Assembly (NCBI GenBank): GCA_002245135.1
Contig: NGBS01000313.1
Coordinates: 62,001-125,487 of the forward strand
Reading direction: 5' to 3'
Length of the DNA stretch: 63,487 bases
Source: Proteromonas lacertae
Taxonomy: Eukaryota
The notes under the pieces were generated by a model that was not told the DNA's origin, searched no databases, and saw nothing but the letters and a program-made list of their open reading frames with translations. A program made the position numbers and the translations under genes. Within the stretch, counting starts at the first letter, position 1. Every line of letters starts with the position of its first letter. Of this stretch, positions 24,008-37,110 are shown one piece after another.

Positions 24008-25990
24008 CTATAAATTTCCAACAGTAATTGTAAGATGTGTTTCATTCACTAAATTGTTTTGTTCAGTAATTTTCACATCTAACAAACCATTCTCATTAAT
24101 CAGCATTTTAACATCAAATTTCAACACACCATTCCTTTTAAGCGGTAAATTATTAATCTTATATGAATACAACTTCGGATTTTTAGAGGCAATTTCATTC
24201 TCACCTTGATAAAACTCCCATACTAAATTTGTAGCATTATCTCTCCCAGTTTTAAATCCTTTTTTCTCTTTCTCACACGGAATAACAGAGTTCTTAGGTA
24301 AAATGACATTCAATAAATCATTGTTAGTATCAATACCAATATTATGTGTTAAAACATCATGAATGAGTAACATTCTGTTATTACCTCTTATTGGATTCTT
24401 ATAACCTGGTTTCTGCTCATTTCTATTGATTGCCATTAATGCAGCAACAGAGGGAGAATCTTGTAAACTAGTAGGAGGTATAAATTCAGGATCAACAGGA
24501 GGTGCAAATTCATTATCATGAGGAGAGGATGGTGGTGGTGGTTGGAATTTAATCACATTTCCATTATTATCAGAAGATGGTGGTTGAGATGGTGAAGGTA
24601 ATGGTGGTTGAGAAAATGTAGGTGGAGAAAAAATAGGATTTGGATTATTTAATTCTTTTTTAATTGTATTAATAGATGGAGTACTTGGATCTTCAACATT
24701 ATCACTTACAGGGTTAAACTGTTGTTGTTGTTGTTGTTGTTGTTGTTCAGTTTGCTGTGTTTGAATAATTTCACCACTTGCAGCATCAATTATCACTCTC
24801 GTACCTGTATTATCTATCACTTCTAACAAACCTTTACTCAAATCTTCAGCTAATAATCCAGCTCCAATTGCTACAGCTTCATCTGGATTTATATCTTGAT
24901 TCAATGCATTATCAGGGAAAAACTGTAATAATAATCTTTGAACTTCAGGTATTCTACTACTTCCACCTATTAATACTACATCATCAATAGCATCTTTACT
25001 TAAACCACTATCACTCAGAGTTTGTTTCACTATATCTATTGTAGATTGGAATATCTTTTCATTTAGTTTATTAAATAAAGGCCTTGTTAATATGTTATTT
25101 ATATCATTATCTTCTAGAATGGTGGATGAAACATCTGTTTCATTTAATTCACTTAATTGAATTTTAGCTTCTTCACATGCATTTCGTAATTTCCATAATT
25201 TCTTTGGATCTTTATGCAAGTCAATATCGACTTCTTGCTTCAGCTTTTCTACATAATAATTTACTAAATTTGAATTTATATCTTCTCCACCTAAATGAGT
25301 ATCTCCACCTGTCGCTTTTACTGTGATTTCATTGTTCTTCACTTCGATTATACTTACATCAAATGTTCCACCTCCAAAATCATATACTAAAATAATTCGA
25401 TCTTTCTTTTGATTTACATATTTATATCCATAAGCAATAGCAGCTGCTGTTGGTTCATTAATGATTTGTAATACATTCAAGCCTGCTAATTCACCAGCTT
25501 CAATTGTTGCTCTTCTTTGTATATCATTAAAATAAGCAGGTACAGTAATAACTGCGTGTTTACCAGAATTTTGACTAATACCACAATAATCACATGCTTG
25601 TCTTGCCATATCTTTCAATAAATGAGCAGAAATTTCTTGTGGCTTTTTAATAATGCTCTTTCCTTCAAACTCCACTACTATCTCTGGATTACCATTATTA
25701 TCAGATTGTACTTTAAATCCCCAATGGTTTAAATCCTCCTTCACTCCTTCTTCATAATATTTATGACCTATTAACCTCTTTGCATCATATACAGTATTAG
25801 CTATATTGGCAGCTACTTGATTTTTCGCTGCTTCACCAACCAATAGTTTATCTCTTTGAAAAGCAACATAAGAAGGAAAAGTTCTTTTACCGGATGCAGA
25901 TGGAATCACAGTGCACATTCCATCCTTGCTAAAAGCAATACAGGAGTTGGTTGTGCCTAAATCAATTCCAAAAGTGAATAATTGTGTCAT
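24008..25990 (-). CDS. Atypical Hsp70 copy 4 with Gln/Pro-rich insert
   Basis: Intact ORF from MTQLFTFGIDLGTTNS: NBD motifs, polyQ and Pro-rich linker, SBD-beta, no lid. Confidence 0.9.
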   Translation of the reverse strand: MTQLFTFGIDLGTTNSCIAFSKDGMCTVIPSASGKRTFPSYVAFQRDKLLVGEAAKNQVAANIANTVYDAKRLIGHKYYEEGVKEDLNHWGFKVQSDNNGNPEIVVEFEGKSIIKKPQEISAHLLKDMARQACDYCGISQNSGKHAVITVPAYFNDIQRRATIEAGELAGLNVLQIINEPTAAAIAYGYKYVNQKKDRIILVYDFGGGTFDVSIIEVKNNEITVKATGGDTHLGGEDINSNLVNYYVEKLKQEVDIDLHKDPKKLWKLRNACEEAKIQLSELNETDVSSTILEDNDINNILTRPLFNKLNEKIFQSTIDIVKQTLSDSGLSKDAIDDVVLIGGSSRIPEVQRLLLQFFPDNALNQDINPDEAVAIGAGLLAEDLSKGLLEVIDNTGTRVIIDAASGEIIQTQQTEQQQQQQQQQFNPVSDNVEDPSTPSINTIKKELNNPNPIFSPPTFSQPPLPSPSQPPSSDNNGNVIKFQPPPPSSPHDNEFAPPVDPEFIPPTSLQDSPSVAALMAINRNEQKPGYKNPIRGNNRMLLIHDVLTHNIGIDTNNDLLNVILPKNSVIPCEKEKKGFKTGRDNATNLVWEFYQGENEIASKNPKLYSYKINNLPLKRNGVLKFDVKMLINENGLLDVKITEQNNLVNETHLTITVGNL

Positions 25991-26063
25991 TTTCAAACCC
26001 CAAATTCAAATGTTTTCATACACCTCTTTACACTTAAAAACATGAATAACGATATAATTTAAG

Positions 26064-27375
26064 TTAATTATCAACATCTACCAATTTATTATAACCTCCT
26101 TTCTTCTTATTCTTATCACTCTTTTCTATAACAACACCAATCTCATTATTTGAAGGTGATTCTGGAGATTTTTGAACCATTTCTATGCTAGGAACATCTA
26201 CAATCTCTTCAAATAGTTCACAATGGTATTTTTTATCATAAGTTGTCCAAAATGGAGCAAATTAAAGTATCAATTATTAATTGAGTAAAATGAGTAACTA
26301 ATAATGGTAAAACGATCACACCTTTATCACCAATTTCATCAGGAAATGCAGCAAGCACCGTCAATGCATTGGGTAGTGTTTTTTCACATCCAATTATTGT
26401 CAATGATTTTCTTTCTTTATACGATGTTTTGAATATAATAGTAATTAAGAAAATCGTTATAAATAATAATCGAATGGATTATTATGGCAGCAACTACTAA
26501 GAATAATATGTTACTGAGTGTTATATGTAACAATTTATCAGATGATTCACTTAGATTCATCCAAGGAGTTAACATCATTATAAAACTTGAACAACATTTT
26601 GAAACTGTTTTATATTTCTCAATAAACCTTTTAAAACATGGAGATATTACAGTCATTAGTTTAGCCAAATAATAATGGTAAAAGGAATTGTACAAAATAA
26701 TTTGATTAATAAAGAAACAACATCAAATTTCACTTTGAAATTACTCAATTTGAAAATCAATTTTATCATCAATGGTTCTGTTATGATTGATAATAACACA
26801 ACTAGATACAACTAAAACTAAAGCTAAAGTAACATTTCCATGTATTTGACCTACTAATATTATCCCTGCCATTAAACAAGTTGGTCCAGAAAGGAAAATA
26901 CAAAAACCAATTAAAAAATCATGAGGTTGATATGGTAATTTCATTACAATTAAACAGATGAGTGGTGATAGGATAAGTATATAAAATACACCTATAAATG
27001 TATTCTAATTAGATGATAATTATATATATATATATACCATTTTGTGATGAATCAAATTCTTCACTTCTTCTGTTTTCAATCTAGTTCCTGATAAAAAGAA
27101 CAAAAAACCAATAATAATTGGTTGGGCTGGTGTTTTTGCTAAAAAGTGCACCTAAATTATAGAATAGCTAAAATACCTGGCGTTGGATATATTAAAGCAA
27201 TAATTAGAAAAATTAATAATCCAATAGGTATGTGGAAACTAATAAAAAACTCTAACAGTTTTGATTTTGGTTTGATTTGTGATCTAGGTGATGTATTGAT
27301 ATCATTTGGTATTTCTATCTTCTCTTCTTGTAGTTTTTTATCTGTTTTCACTTCTTTTTCATCATTTTCTTCCAT
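26064..27375 (-). CDS. Bile acid:Na+ symporter (BASS/SLC10A7-like) copy 1, frameshifted
   Basis: FHIPIGL..ALIYPTPG, PTCLMAGIILVGQIHGNVTLALVL, KSLTIIGCEKTLP. Collinear with copy 2, but the 3' half shifts frame repeatedly. Confidence 0.7.
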
Positions 27376-27510
27376 TTTTAATGAAATATCGAAACTTCAA
27401 GAGCAACAATAAATTATCTTCTATTAATTATCTTAATGGTATTTATACTATTTTCACAATGACATTAACAAAATCAAAACAATAGAAAACAAAAAAATAA
27501 ATCAATTTCA

Positions 27511-29003
27511 TTAATCAGAGTCACTATCATATACTTCATCCAATTGAGAATATCCTTTCTTTTTCTTTTTACTACTATTCTTCTCTTCCACATTTTCAAC
27601 TATTATCTTCTTACCACCTTCTTTTAATGGAATAGATTCTTCAGCATCTTCATCTTTATTTCTCATCTTATTTTTAGACTTCTTTTTATCTCTCTTGTCA
27701 GAAATAGGTAATGATGACGATGAACTAGCATCAATAGCCTCTTCTCCTTTCTCTATAAACAACTCAGGATGATGTTTCTTATCAAATGATAACCAAATCG
27801 AACAGAGAAACGCGTCTATAATTAATTGTGAAAAATGACCAAATATCATTGGTAACATAATTAATCCTTTATCACCAACTGTATCTGGAAATACATTCAA
27901 TACAGTCAATGCGACAGGGAGTGTCTTTTCTGATCCTAATATTGTTATTGATTTACGTTCAGCATAAGAAGTTCGAAGTATACAAGTTGTGATAAATATA
28001 AATATAAACATACTAATTAATAATAATAATAATAAATATATATTATACACGAAATGTACAATAACAACACTAGAAAGTAAGAAAATAATATCTTTCAAAT
28101 TAATACCTAATAATTTATCATGTGAATCACTTAATTTCATCCAAGGTACTAAAATCAAACATAAGCTTGATGTTAATTTTAAAGGTGTTTTTATCTTGCT
28201 ACATAAGTTTCTGAAACATGTAATAAATGATGTCATACTTTTACCTACTACTAATGGTAACAAAATAGTCAAACACAATTGTTCTAACATTGAAACAACA
28301 TCAAATTTTATATGAAAGTTACTGGCATGAAAAACTAATTTAATTACTAGTGGTTCTGTCACAATTGAGATTGTACAAGTTAATACAACCAACACTAAAG
28401 CTAATGTGACGTTTCCTTTAGCCTATATATAAAAATATAAATATAAATATATATATATATCTTATACTTCTCCTACTAATACTACACCTGAGGATAATGT
28501 GGTTGGAGAACATAAAAACAATGCAATTCCAGTTAAGAAATCTTTATTGGCAAAACTTAATTTCATTACTGGAATTGCCATTAATGGTGTGATAAATAAA
28601 ATCATTGCTAGACCAACAAAAGTATTCTAATATTTTAATAGCTACAAGTATAAATATACGAATTTATGATGGATTAAATTCTTCACTTCATTAGTCTTTA
28701 ATTGAGTTCCTGATATGAAGAAAATAATGCAAACTAAAATTGTTTGAGCAGGTCCTTTTGAAAAGAAAGCACCTAATCATTTATAATCCTACATAAAAAA
28801 ATACCAGGTGCTGGCCAAATAATAGCCCATATGATAAGAAACGTTAATCCAATTGGAATGTGATAACTTAGAAAGCAATCACACATCTTTTTACCTAGTG
28901 TCGCTTCATTAGTAGCTAGTGGTTTTATTTGGGTTGGTAATCCATTAATACCAGCACTATTACTTAATCTGATCATCCTAGATGAATCACTCTCTTCTTT
29001 CAT
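27511..29003 (-). CDS. Bile acid:Na+ symporter (BASS/SLC10A7-like) copy 2
   Basis: IFFISGTQLKTNEV, CSPTTLSSGVVLVGE|AKGNVTLAL, LTILLPLVVGK, GSEKTLPVAL, GLIMLPMIFGHFSQLIIDA. Multi-intron. Confidence 0.85.
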
Positions 29004-29169
29004 TTTTTTCAAATCTCTGAAAATAGAGTCGTTTAAAAGAATTTTTAAAAGCAACAAACACATTTCATAAATAAATAAATAAATAAACAATTAATAATTA
29101 TTACAAAATGACAAATTAAATATCTATTCTAATTTTTATATTTATACATGTAACTACAGATTATAAATT

Positions 29170-31633
29170 TTAGCTTACTGCCATTAAACTAGATTGACAA
29201 TTATCATTCACTCTATAGTTTTTAACCGCTTCATTCCACCATTTCTCCACATTTGTATTAATCTCATTAAAATCAACAACATAATTCTTTGGGATGTATC
29301 CCTGTTTACCATCCATCTTATAACAATACCAGTAAGTATCTAATCTCTTCCCATTTGCTTGTTTTATAACCAACACCAATTCATTTGCTGTTAATCCAAC
29401 ATCTCCTTTGTTGATTGATTTATAATCATATAAAACTCTACATATACATTTATCATGGTATTCTTCAGTTGCACATGTATGAAAATCAGCTGTATTAGCA
29501 TTAGTACCACTTGAAGACTGAAATGAGTTATAAAATGTTGATCCATCATCTGAAAGTTCATCATCTTCATCTTTTCTTCTTTTATCTCTCTCTTTTTCTT
29601 TTTCCTTTAAATATTGTATATTTCTTCTTATTTCTTCTGATTGCTTTATTACATCTCTTTGTTGTTCTGCATTTAAAGCAGGTAATTCTCTCCCTAACCT
29701 TATTCTATCAGCAGGAAGTAATATATCTTTCTTTTGACTTGTTAATACTCTATTCAATTGTGGGAAAAATGATGAAGGTTGTTTTTTGGTTGTTTTTATG
29801 GGTGATATTTGTATTTTTTCTACTATATCAGTTTGTTTTTGTTTCTCTTTATCTATTTTTCTTTTGGATCTTAAACACTTTGGTAATAACGATTTCTTCT
29901 TTTTATTGTTATTCTCATTATCTGGTTTGGATGGAGTTGTGGTGTTGGTAGTTGATTGTTTTAATAATGGTTTTGGTTGTATTGGTGGTGAAGAAGGTAA
30001 GATTTCTGCAGGAATAATTTTTGATTTACTATGATGATGAATATGTTGTGTTTGTTGTTTATTAAGTTGTTGTTGTGTTTGTAATGGTTTAGTTTCTGGC
30101 GGGGGTGGTGATTGTTGTTGTTGCAATTTACTATTAATCTGCGATTCAGCAGAGTGAGGTAATTTTTTACTATTTTTCTCTTTACTATTTATATTATTAT
30201 TATTTAGAGATATATCAATAGATGTTGATCTTTTCCTACTTAAACGTTTACTTGGAGATTCATTACAATTATCTATTTCTACTTTTTTATTTGCATAAAT
30301 AAACTGCATTTGCTCTTTTGTTAAACCCACATTTCTTGTAGAAACAGAATTACTTGAAGGAGATTGTAAATTAGATAATTTCAACATATCTACATCCGGA
30401 TGCTTATATTTATTGTTAGAAAGTACATTCGAATTAATTGAATCTAAATCCAAACTGTTCAGTGAGTACAAATTACTCTTAATTATCAAATTATTTTCAG
30501 ATTTTTTATCAGATCCATCATTATTACAACTTTCATCATCATCATCATCATGTAATAAAGGAACAGGCAAATCGTCAGTATAAAGAGTTTCATTTGCCTT
30601 TGTATTTTCTGGTGGATTTAATCTAAATCTATTATAATTCGTATTTGGTAAAAGATGAGGATGTTTATTTAATAAATTATTGGAAGTATGTACAAATGGA
30701 TGTTTTAAAAGATCTTTCATTTCTATTCTCTTATATGGATCAATACAACAACATTTTGATATTAAATCCAATGCTAAATTAGATATTCCACTATGGTTAA
30801 ATTCTACTTCTTTACTATGGGTTATATACACTCCTAACATTTCTTTAGTCTTAATATTGTAATATGGAGGATTCATTGTCAACATTTCTATTAATACACA
30901 ACCTATACTCCAGATATCAGCTAAATCATATCTTATATCAATTTTACACTTGATTACTTCAGGTGCTGCCCAGAATAAACTACCTTGAAATTTGTCACAA
31001 GTTACTGGTTTCATTTCATTAATTGAACTTCCAAAATCTGATATTTTTACTGTTCCATCTACTGTCAGTAGTAGATTACTGCATTTAAGGTCACGATGTA
31101 CTATATGTTTATTGTGTAAATAATTAAGACCATTTATAGTTTGATATAGATAATTGGAACAGAGCTCTTCACTCATTTTCTCATTTACTTTCATATAACT
31201 ATCCAATACTCTATATGTACATTATAATAGTGATTTTATATAGTATTATACGATCTGATTGAACCTTCTGATGCATATTCCATGAATAATTGATAGGAAT
31301 GATCACTTTTGTTACAACCTATGAAACCTATTATATTTGGATGTGATAAACTCTTCATCAGTTGCACCTCTTTTTTAAAATTCTAAAATAACATATATAC
31401 ATAATTCTATACCTCATATATGCTTTGATCAAACTCCTCATATCTTATTTCTTTAACAGCACAGAAATCACCTCTAATAAAATAAATATGAGCTAAAAAA
31501 CAAATATAATACTTTCCGTTGTAACATTGATAAATGTCTCCAAATGACCCGCTACCTAACAAATTACCCTTTTTCCAAATATCTCTATTCCATAAGTATT
31601 ATAAAAATAACTATTATACTTCTTATCACTCAT
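29170..31633 (-). CDS. STE11/MAP3K-like Ser/Thr kinase with C-terminal SH3 domain
   Basis: WKKGNLLGSGSFG, CAVKEI, HRDLKCSNLL, DFG, GSLFWAAPE, DIWSIGC. SH3 motif CRVLYDY..YWY..GYIPKNYV. 5' exons inferred. Confidence 0.9.
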
Positions 31634-31953
31634 GATTTCAGTGTATATCAGTAATAAACGATATTTGATATATTTTTTATTCAAAAAAACTAGCGAGTTT
31701 AGATGAAATTGAATATTTTAATGATAAGCAACTATATTATACTATTGTAGATAATATATTATGCAAATTAAGGTGATTTTAAGATAAATGAAGAAAGGAT
31801 TATACCGATATATGAGTTTAGTGGTTAATCTTTTCTTGGTTTAATATCGTTAATTATATACACATTTTACCTTATTAATCCTACATAAGAAAAAGTAATT
31901 TATAAAAGTAATATCATATATTACTGTTAATTATTATCTTTAAATATAAATGA

Positions 31954-33602
31954 CTAGAGTTCACCTAAAATTTTCTATGTACATTATATATATAAAACAT
32001 CTATAAATGATACCTTTCTCATTTGATAGCCTGGATGACTTGCTTTCATTTGATCAATAATTCTTGTAGGTAATATATACTCAGTAGAACTTGCTAAATC
32101 TTTTAATCCAATACTTTGAATATCACACAACGCTACACCCACGTCATCATCAACTACATTATAGATTCCTACAAAATTAATAATATCGTTATTCTATATA
32201 TCATTATATAAAGCTAAATTTAAATATATATATATATATACCATATTAGTAATAGGTACAAGATATAAATGATTCCAAAATGAAGTTTTACTTTTGGTGT
32301 AATTCTTATAACAAACACACATCTCTCTTCTATATTTAAGAGAATTAACAACAACAGTAGCTACTTGAATATCAGTATCATTACTATGAAATAGAGTAAT
32401 ATGTTGCATATATAATTCATTTTCTTTATAACCAGTTATTTCCAATAGCTTTTGTGAACTGTATATAATAGGACTTGTAGTATCTGAACAATCTAACACT
32501 ACAAAAGCAAGACTGGTTAATTTTATTTCATGTATAAATTTATTATCCAATTCACTAAATACATTATGACTAAATAATTGCAGTTGTTGATTCTTCTTTA
32601 TCGGTGAAGGTAGAATTTGTTGTATTAAAGTAGGAGTTGTTGATGTACTTTCACCTACAGCTGTAGTTAATGTTGATGGAGTTTGTATTTTATTCTGCAT
32701 TATATCTGGAGTAATTACAGTTGATTTGTACATAGTTAATCGCTGTATTGTTGAACTAGGAGTTTCTGTTTTATGAAGACTTGGAACTGGAATTGGTAAA
32801 ACTTGTTGTTGTTGTTGTTGTTGGATTTTATCCTTTTGCATTTGAATTGAAGGAGAAATTGATGATGATGATGATGAAGTTGATATAGATGTAGATGGCA
32901 TTAATGATAACAACTGTTGTTCTTGTTGTTGTAACGAAGGAGGTGGTTCAGGTTGTTGTTGCTGTTGTGGTTGTGGTTGTGGTTGTGGTTGTGGTTGTAT
33001 AACTTGATTCAATTGGTTAATATAATCATTCATTACAGATAGTTGAGTTATTTCATTAATACTACCATTATTATCATTACTACTACTAATTGTATTTGAA
33101 TTTACATTGTTACTACTATTTAGCATAAATTGGTTCATCCCATTGTACTGTAATGCAGTGGATGGATTAAAAATATTATTAATGTTGTTAAACTGATCAT
33201 ATAACTGCTTTTGTTGATATAATAAACTACGCAAATTTCGATTCTCTTCTTCTAATTCTGCATTTTTCTTTGCTAGTGATTCTATGTAGAACTTTTTTCT
33301 TTGTCTTGATTTCTTTGCAGATATTCTATTTCTTTCTCTTCTAATATGAATATAAATATTATTAAATACGAGTGTTTTATCCTGTCTTCCACTTCTTCAT
33401 CATTTGTTGGAGAAATATCCACTAAATAAATAAAATATGGAAAATTAATACTTTTATCAACTTTTCTTTTAAGTGGTTCAGTTGTTTCATTGTTTGAAAG
33501 TTGGATATTGGTAGAAGATTTGTCAAACTAATTAAAAACTATCTAAATAATTGATACCTCCTTTTTGTAATTGTTTTCATCACAATTTTTGGGGTTAATC
33601 AT
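31954..33602 (-). CDS. Aureochrome-like bZIP-LOV/PAS transcription factor lacking the photoactive cysteine
   Basis: bZIP RERNRISAKKSRQRKKFYIESLAKKNAELEEENRNL (~33340-33230). LOV-like FVVLD..SPIIYSSQKLLEITGY..TD..CVCYKNYTK..FWNHLYLVPI|NNDIINFVGI. Five GT-AG introns traced in frame. Confidence 0.85.
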
Positions 33603-34608
33603 TTCAATGTGAAATAACAAAATACATAATGTATTATCTAAACAAGCTTTAACCAAGCTTCAATTATAAAACGACTCATTTTTAGAAGAAAAACAAAAAT
33701 ATAATATAATGCTTTAATATTCTTCTTTTTAACTTTATATTCTTCAGTAATATTACTGTTTGTTGATAAATAAAATGCATTCGAATTATTCTTATTGTTA
33801 CTAATTTAAATGACTTACATTCATTTCAAAATTAATGTTATTATCGTTGTAGTTATTATATAAACGAAATATTCAACAATTGTACTGTGATAACGTGAAT
33901 ACTGTAATATGAAGTGTTGATCATATATCTCTAGTATTTAACAGTTTTAATGGCTAAAAAAGGTTCTAATAATATTTGGTTGACAATATTTGTTAATATT
34001 GCCTATTTTTTTGTTACATATTTTATACTTGTTGTTTTTTAATATAAAATATTATTAGTGAATCAAACTCTTATATCAGATGTTTTCAATGCGGTATTTG
34101 TAAAAAAGGACGAAAAGAACAAATTGACACTATTTTACTATTTTCATATAGAAATAACATCAAATTACTTTTATAGTAATATGTTTTAATTGATGTATTG
34201 TATTTGTGAATAATAATATTAATTTATCTTACAGATAATTTACTTTGAATTATAGTAAATCATTTTTATTTACAATAAAACTTTCATTACATTGAATTAT
34301 AGTTAATATTTATATTTATGTTATTCTATATATTCAAAACATTTATTAACACTTTAACAAACATATTCATGATCTATTACATTATTATATGCTCACATTA
34401 ATATACTCAAACTGGATTGCAACAACAGTATTGTATTTACCATCATATATCAACAATAAAATCACATTTCAATTTTTGGGTTATTCAAAATTTTGATAAA
34501 AATCGAATTTCGTTATTTTTGTTATATATTTACATAAAGATGATAATAAAAGTGAATAAAAGCATAAGAGAAGAGGGGTATATTTTATATTTATTTTTAT
34601 GATAGATT

Positions 34609-36660
34609 ATGTCGAAAATTGGTAGAAAGTGGTTTTGGTGATATAGAAGTGAAGATTGGAGATAATCGAATAATGTCAATCAAGTCAATTTTACTAAATG
34701 GAAATGAAACTGTAAAGAAACTGTTGTTAGATCGTGAGTTTGTTGGAGTTTTGGAGTTATATGAAGAAATCGAAGAAATTGGCTATTATGAGATGGAGAA
34801 ATACTACAGTGGTGGTGAATTGATAATGTGTAAAGAGAATGTGTGTGAAGTGTTGATGTTTTGTTTATGTTATTGTGAAAAAGAGATAATAAATGATTGT
34901 TATGAATTTGTGAAGAATAATATAGATGAAGATGTGTTAATGAAATTAATTCATATATGTAATGTATTTCCAGGATGTTTGAGAGAGATAGAAGAATTGA
35001 AAAATATGGAAATAGAAAAGCGAGGATATAAATATTTATATAAGAATGAATATTTGTTGAGATTAGAAATGAATAATTTGATAGAGATATTAAATATGAG
35101 AGATGTGATAATAGTGAATGAGTTATGGTTATTAAATCGGTTATTGGAATGGTATAAATTCCAAAAGAATAAATATGATAATAAAGAGATAGAAGATGAT
35201 TTTAAACAATTGATAGAAGAAGATATCGATTGTGAAAAGATAAAAGAGAAAGAGATAGAAAAAGAGAATAAAGAAATGTTGAAAGAAATGAAAATAGAAT
35301 TAAAGAAAAATGAATGTAAAAATCATATAGAAATATATTTAATAAAAGATGAGAGAATTCAAAATGTAATAATCAACAATTACAATGAAGATAAAGAAGA
35401 AGACTTTAATGAAGAAGAAAGAAGAATATTGGATAAGATGAAAGAAGAAGAATTGAATGATGAAATAATGTGTATATTAGAAATGAATAATATAAAAATG
35501 ATGGAAATAGTATTGATGATAATGAAATATAAAAATGTGAAAAAGGAAAGTATAAATACTAAAAATATATTTAAATAGAATATATCTCAAATACAGAAAG
35601 GAGAACTATGTTGGACAGATTATGTATAGAATATAATGAGAATAAAAGAAATCGAACAATGAAATGTTTATGTTTATTCATTGATGATAAAAAGAATATT
35701 TCAATAATAGAAGAAGTATGTGGAAAAGAGATTCTTTTTAAAATATTGAATGAAGATAATTATCTAAATTCCAAATCTAAAGAGATGTTAATAGAATATA
35801 TAAAAGAGAATAAATTGAGTTTCGAAGAAGAAGAAGAAATGATAAAAATAATGAAAGATAAAGAATTATTGAGTGAATTAAAAACAAAAGAAATCACATC
35901 ATTTTCATATCCTCAATCAGAATATTCATTTGCTATTTATGAAGAAATATCAATAATCCCTTCATTTGATGGAAATCGATGTGAATTTTCAGTCAATCCT
36001 TCATTGCCAGATGGAATAATGATAAATAAAGAGAGTGGAATAATTAATGGAAAAATGAATAGAGTAATCGAAAATAGAGAATATGAAATAAGTTGTAAGA
36101 ATATTCTAAATGAAAAGAAATTTAAAATATCAATAGAATTTGTTGATGTAAAATTTACAGAATTAAACAAAAGTAGAGGAATATCAATATCAAGTGAAGG
36201 AAAGAAAATAATAAATACAATTTATGGTTGTTATCGTCATTGTTATTTAAATTTGAAAATGGAAAATGGAGTTTATCATTTCAAATATCAATTTCATCAA
36301 AATGGAAGTTATTATGATATGATATTAGGATTATCAACAAATAATACATATTCTGGTTATAGTATTTACGATGAATCAGCAACATGTAATTATTTTGCAT
36401 GGAATGGTGAAAGTTTAGATATTACATCATTATGTCATATTGGAAGAGTTGTTAATAAAAATCCTAATTTCAATGATTGTGGAGATGGTTCAATTTATGA
36501 AATGATTGTTGATATGAATAAAAGAGAATTTTGGATTAGTCATAATAATTCATCTCCTGTTTTACTTGTTAAAGATTTACCTTCTCCATTATATACATAT
36601 GTTGCATTATACCGAGAAAACACTTCAGTTGAATTATTATCAGTTTCTCATCAAAATTAA
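34609..36660 (+). CDS. BTB/BACK + putative Ig + SPRY/B30.2-like protein
   Basis: N-terminal GDIEVKI..YYSGGELIMCKENVCEVL (BTB/BACK-like); PSLPDGIMINKESGIING (putative Ig); C-terminal VDMNKREFWIS..DLPSPLYTYVAL (SPRY-like). ORFs are joined by an intron near 35550-35578. Confidence 0.65.
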
Positions 36661-37110
36661 GTAACTATTATTCTATTGTTAAAGGCATCTGATATCGGTT
36701 TTATTTTTAGTATATACATAATCAAATATAATTGATTGGTTAAATATATTAAGTAATGTTTCTATATCAACCAATTTTGTGTAATAATTTTAATTCCTTA
36801 TATGTTTTTTAAAAATTTCTAATTTTCTATTGCTTTTAAATAGAATTTCTTTACCTCAGATGTTGAATAGGTTTTATACTTGTTTTATTAAACTTAAATA
36901 AATATAATATAAAAACTGATTATGCTTTTATTTATAAAATGAATATAGTCAGTCTAATTTTCTATTAATATAATCATTTTGTTTAAAACATAACCAAACG
37001 ATAGCCTCACTCTAGTCTTCTAGTCTTGATAAATGCCTTAATTTGTCTCATGTTATAACCCAGAGAAATAGAAGAAATAATAAATTTCAAAACGACTATT
37101 TTTACGAAAA

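Noticed and set aside
33610..34600. Hidden gene in the ~1-kb gap between the bZIP-LOV and BTB genes
   Set aside because: No convincing exons or motifs; treated as a divergent promoter region.
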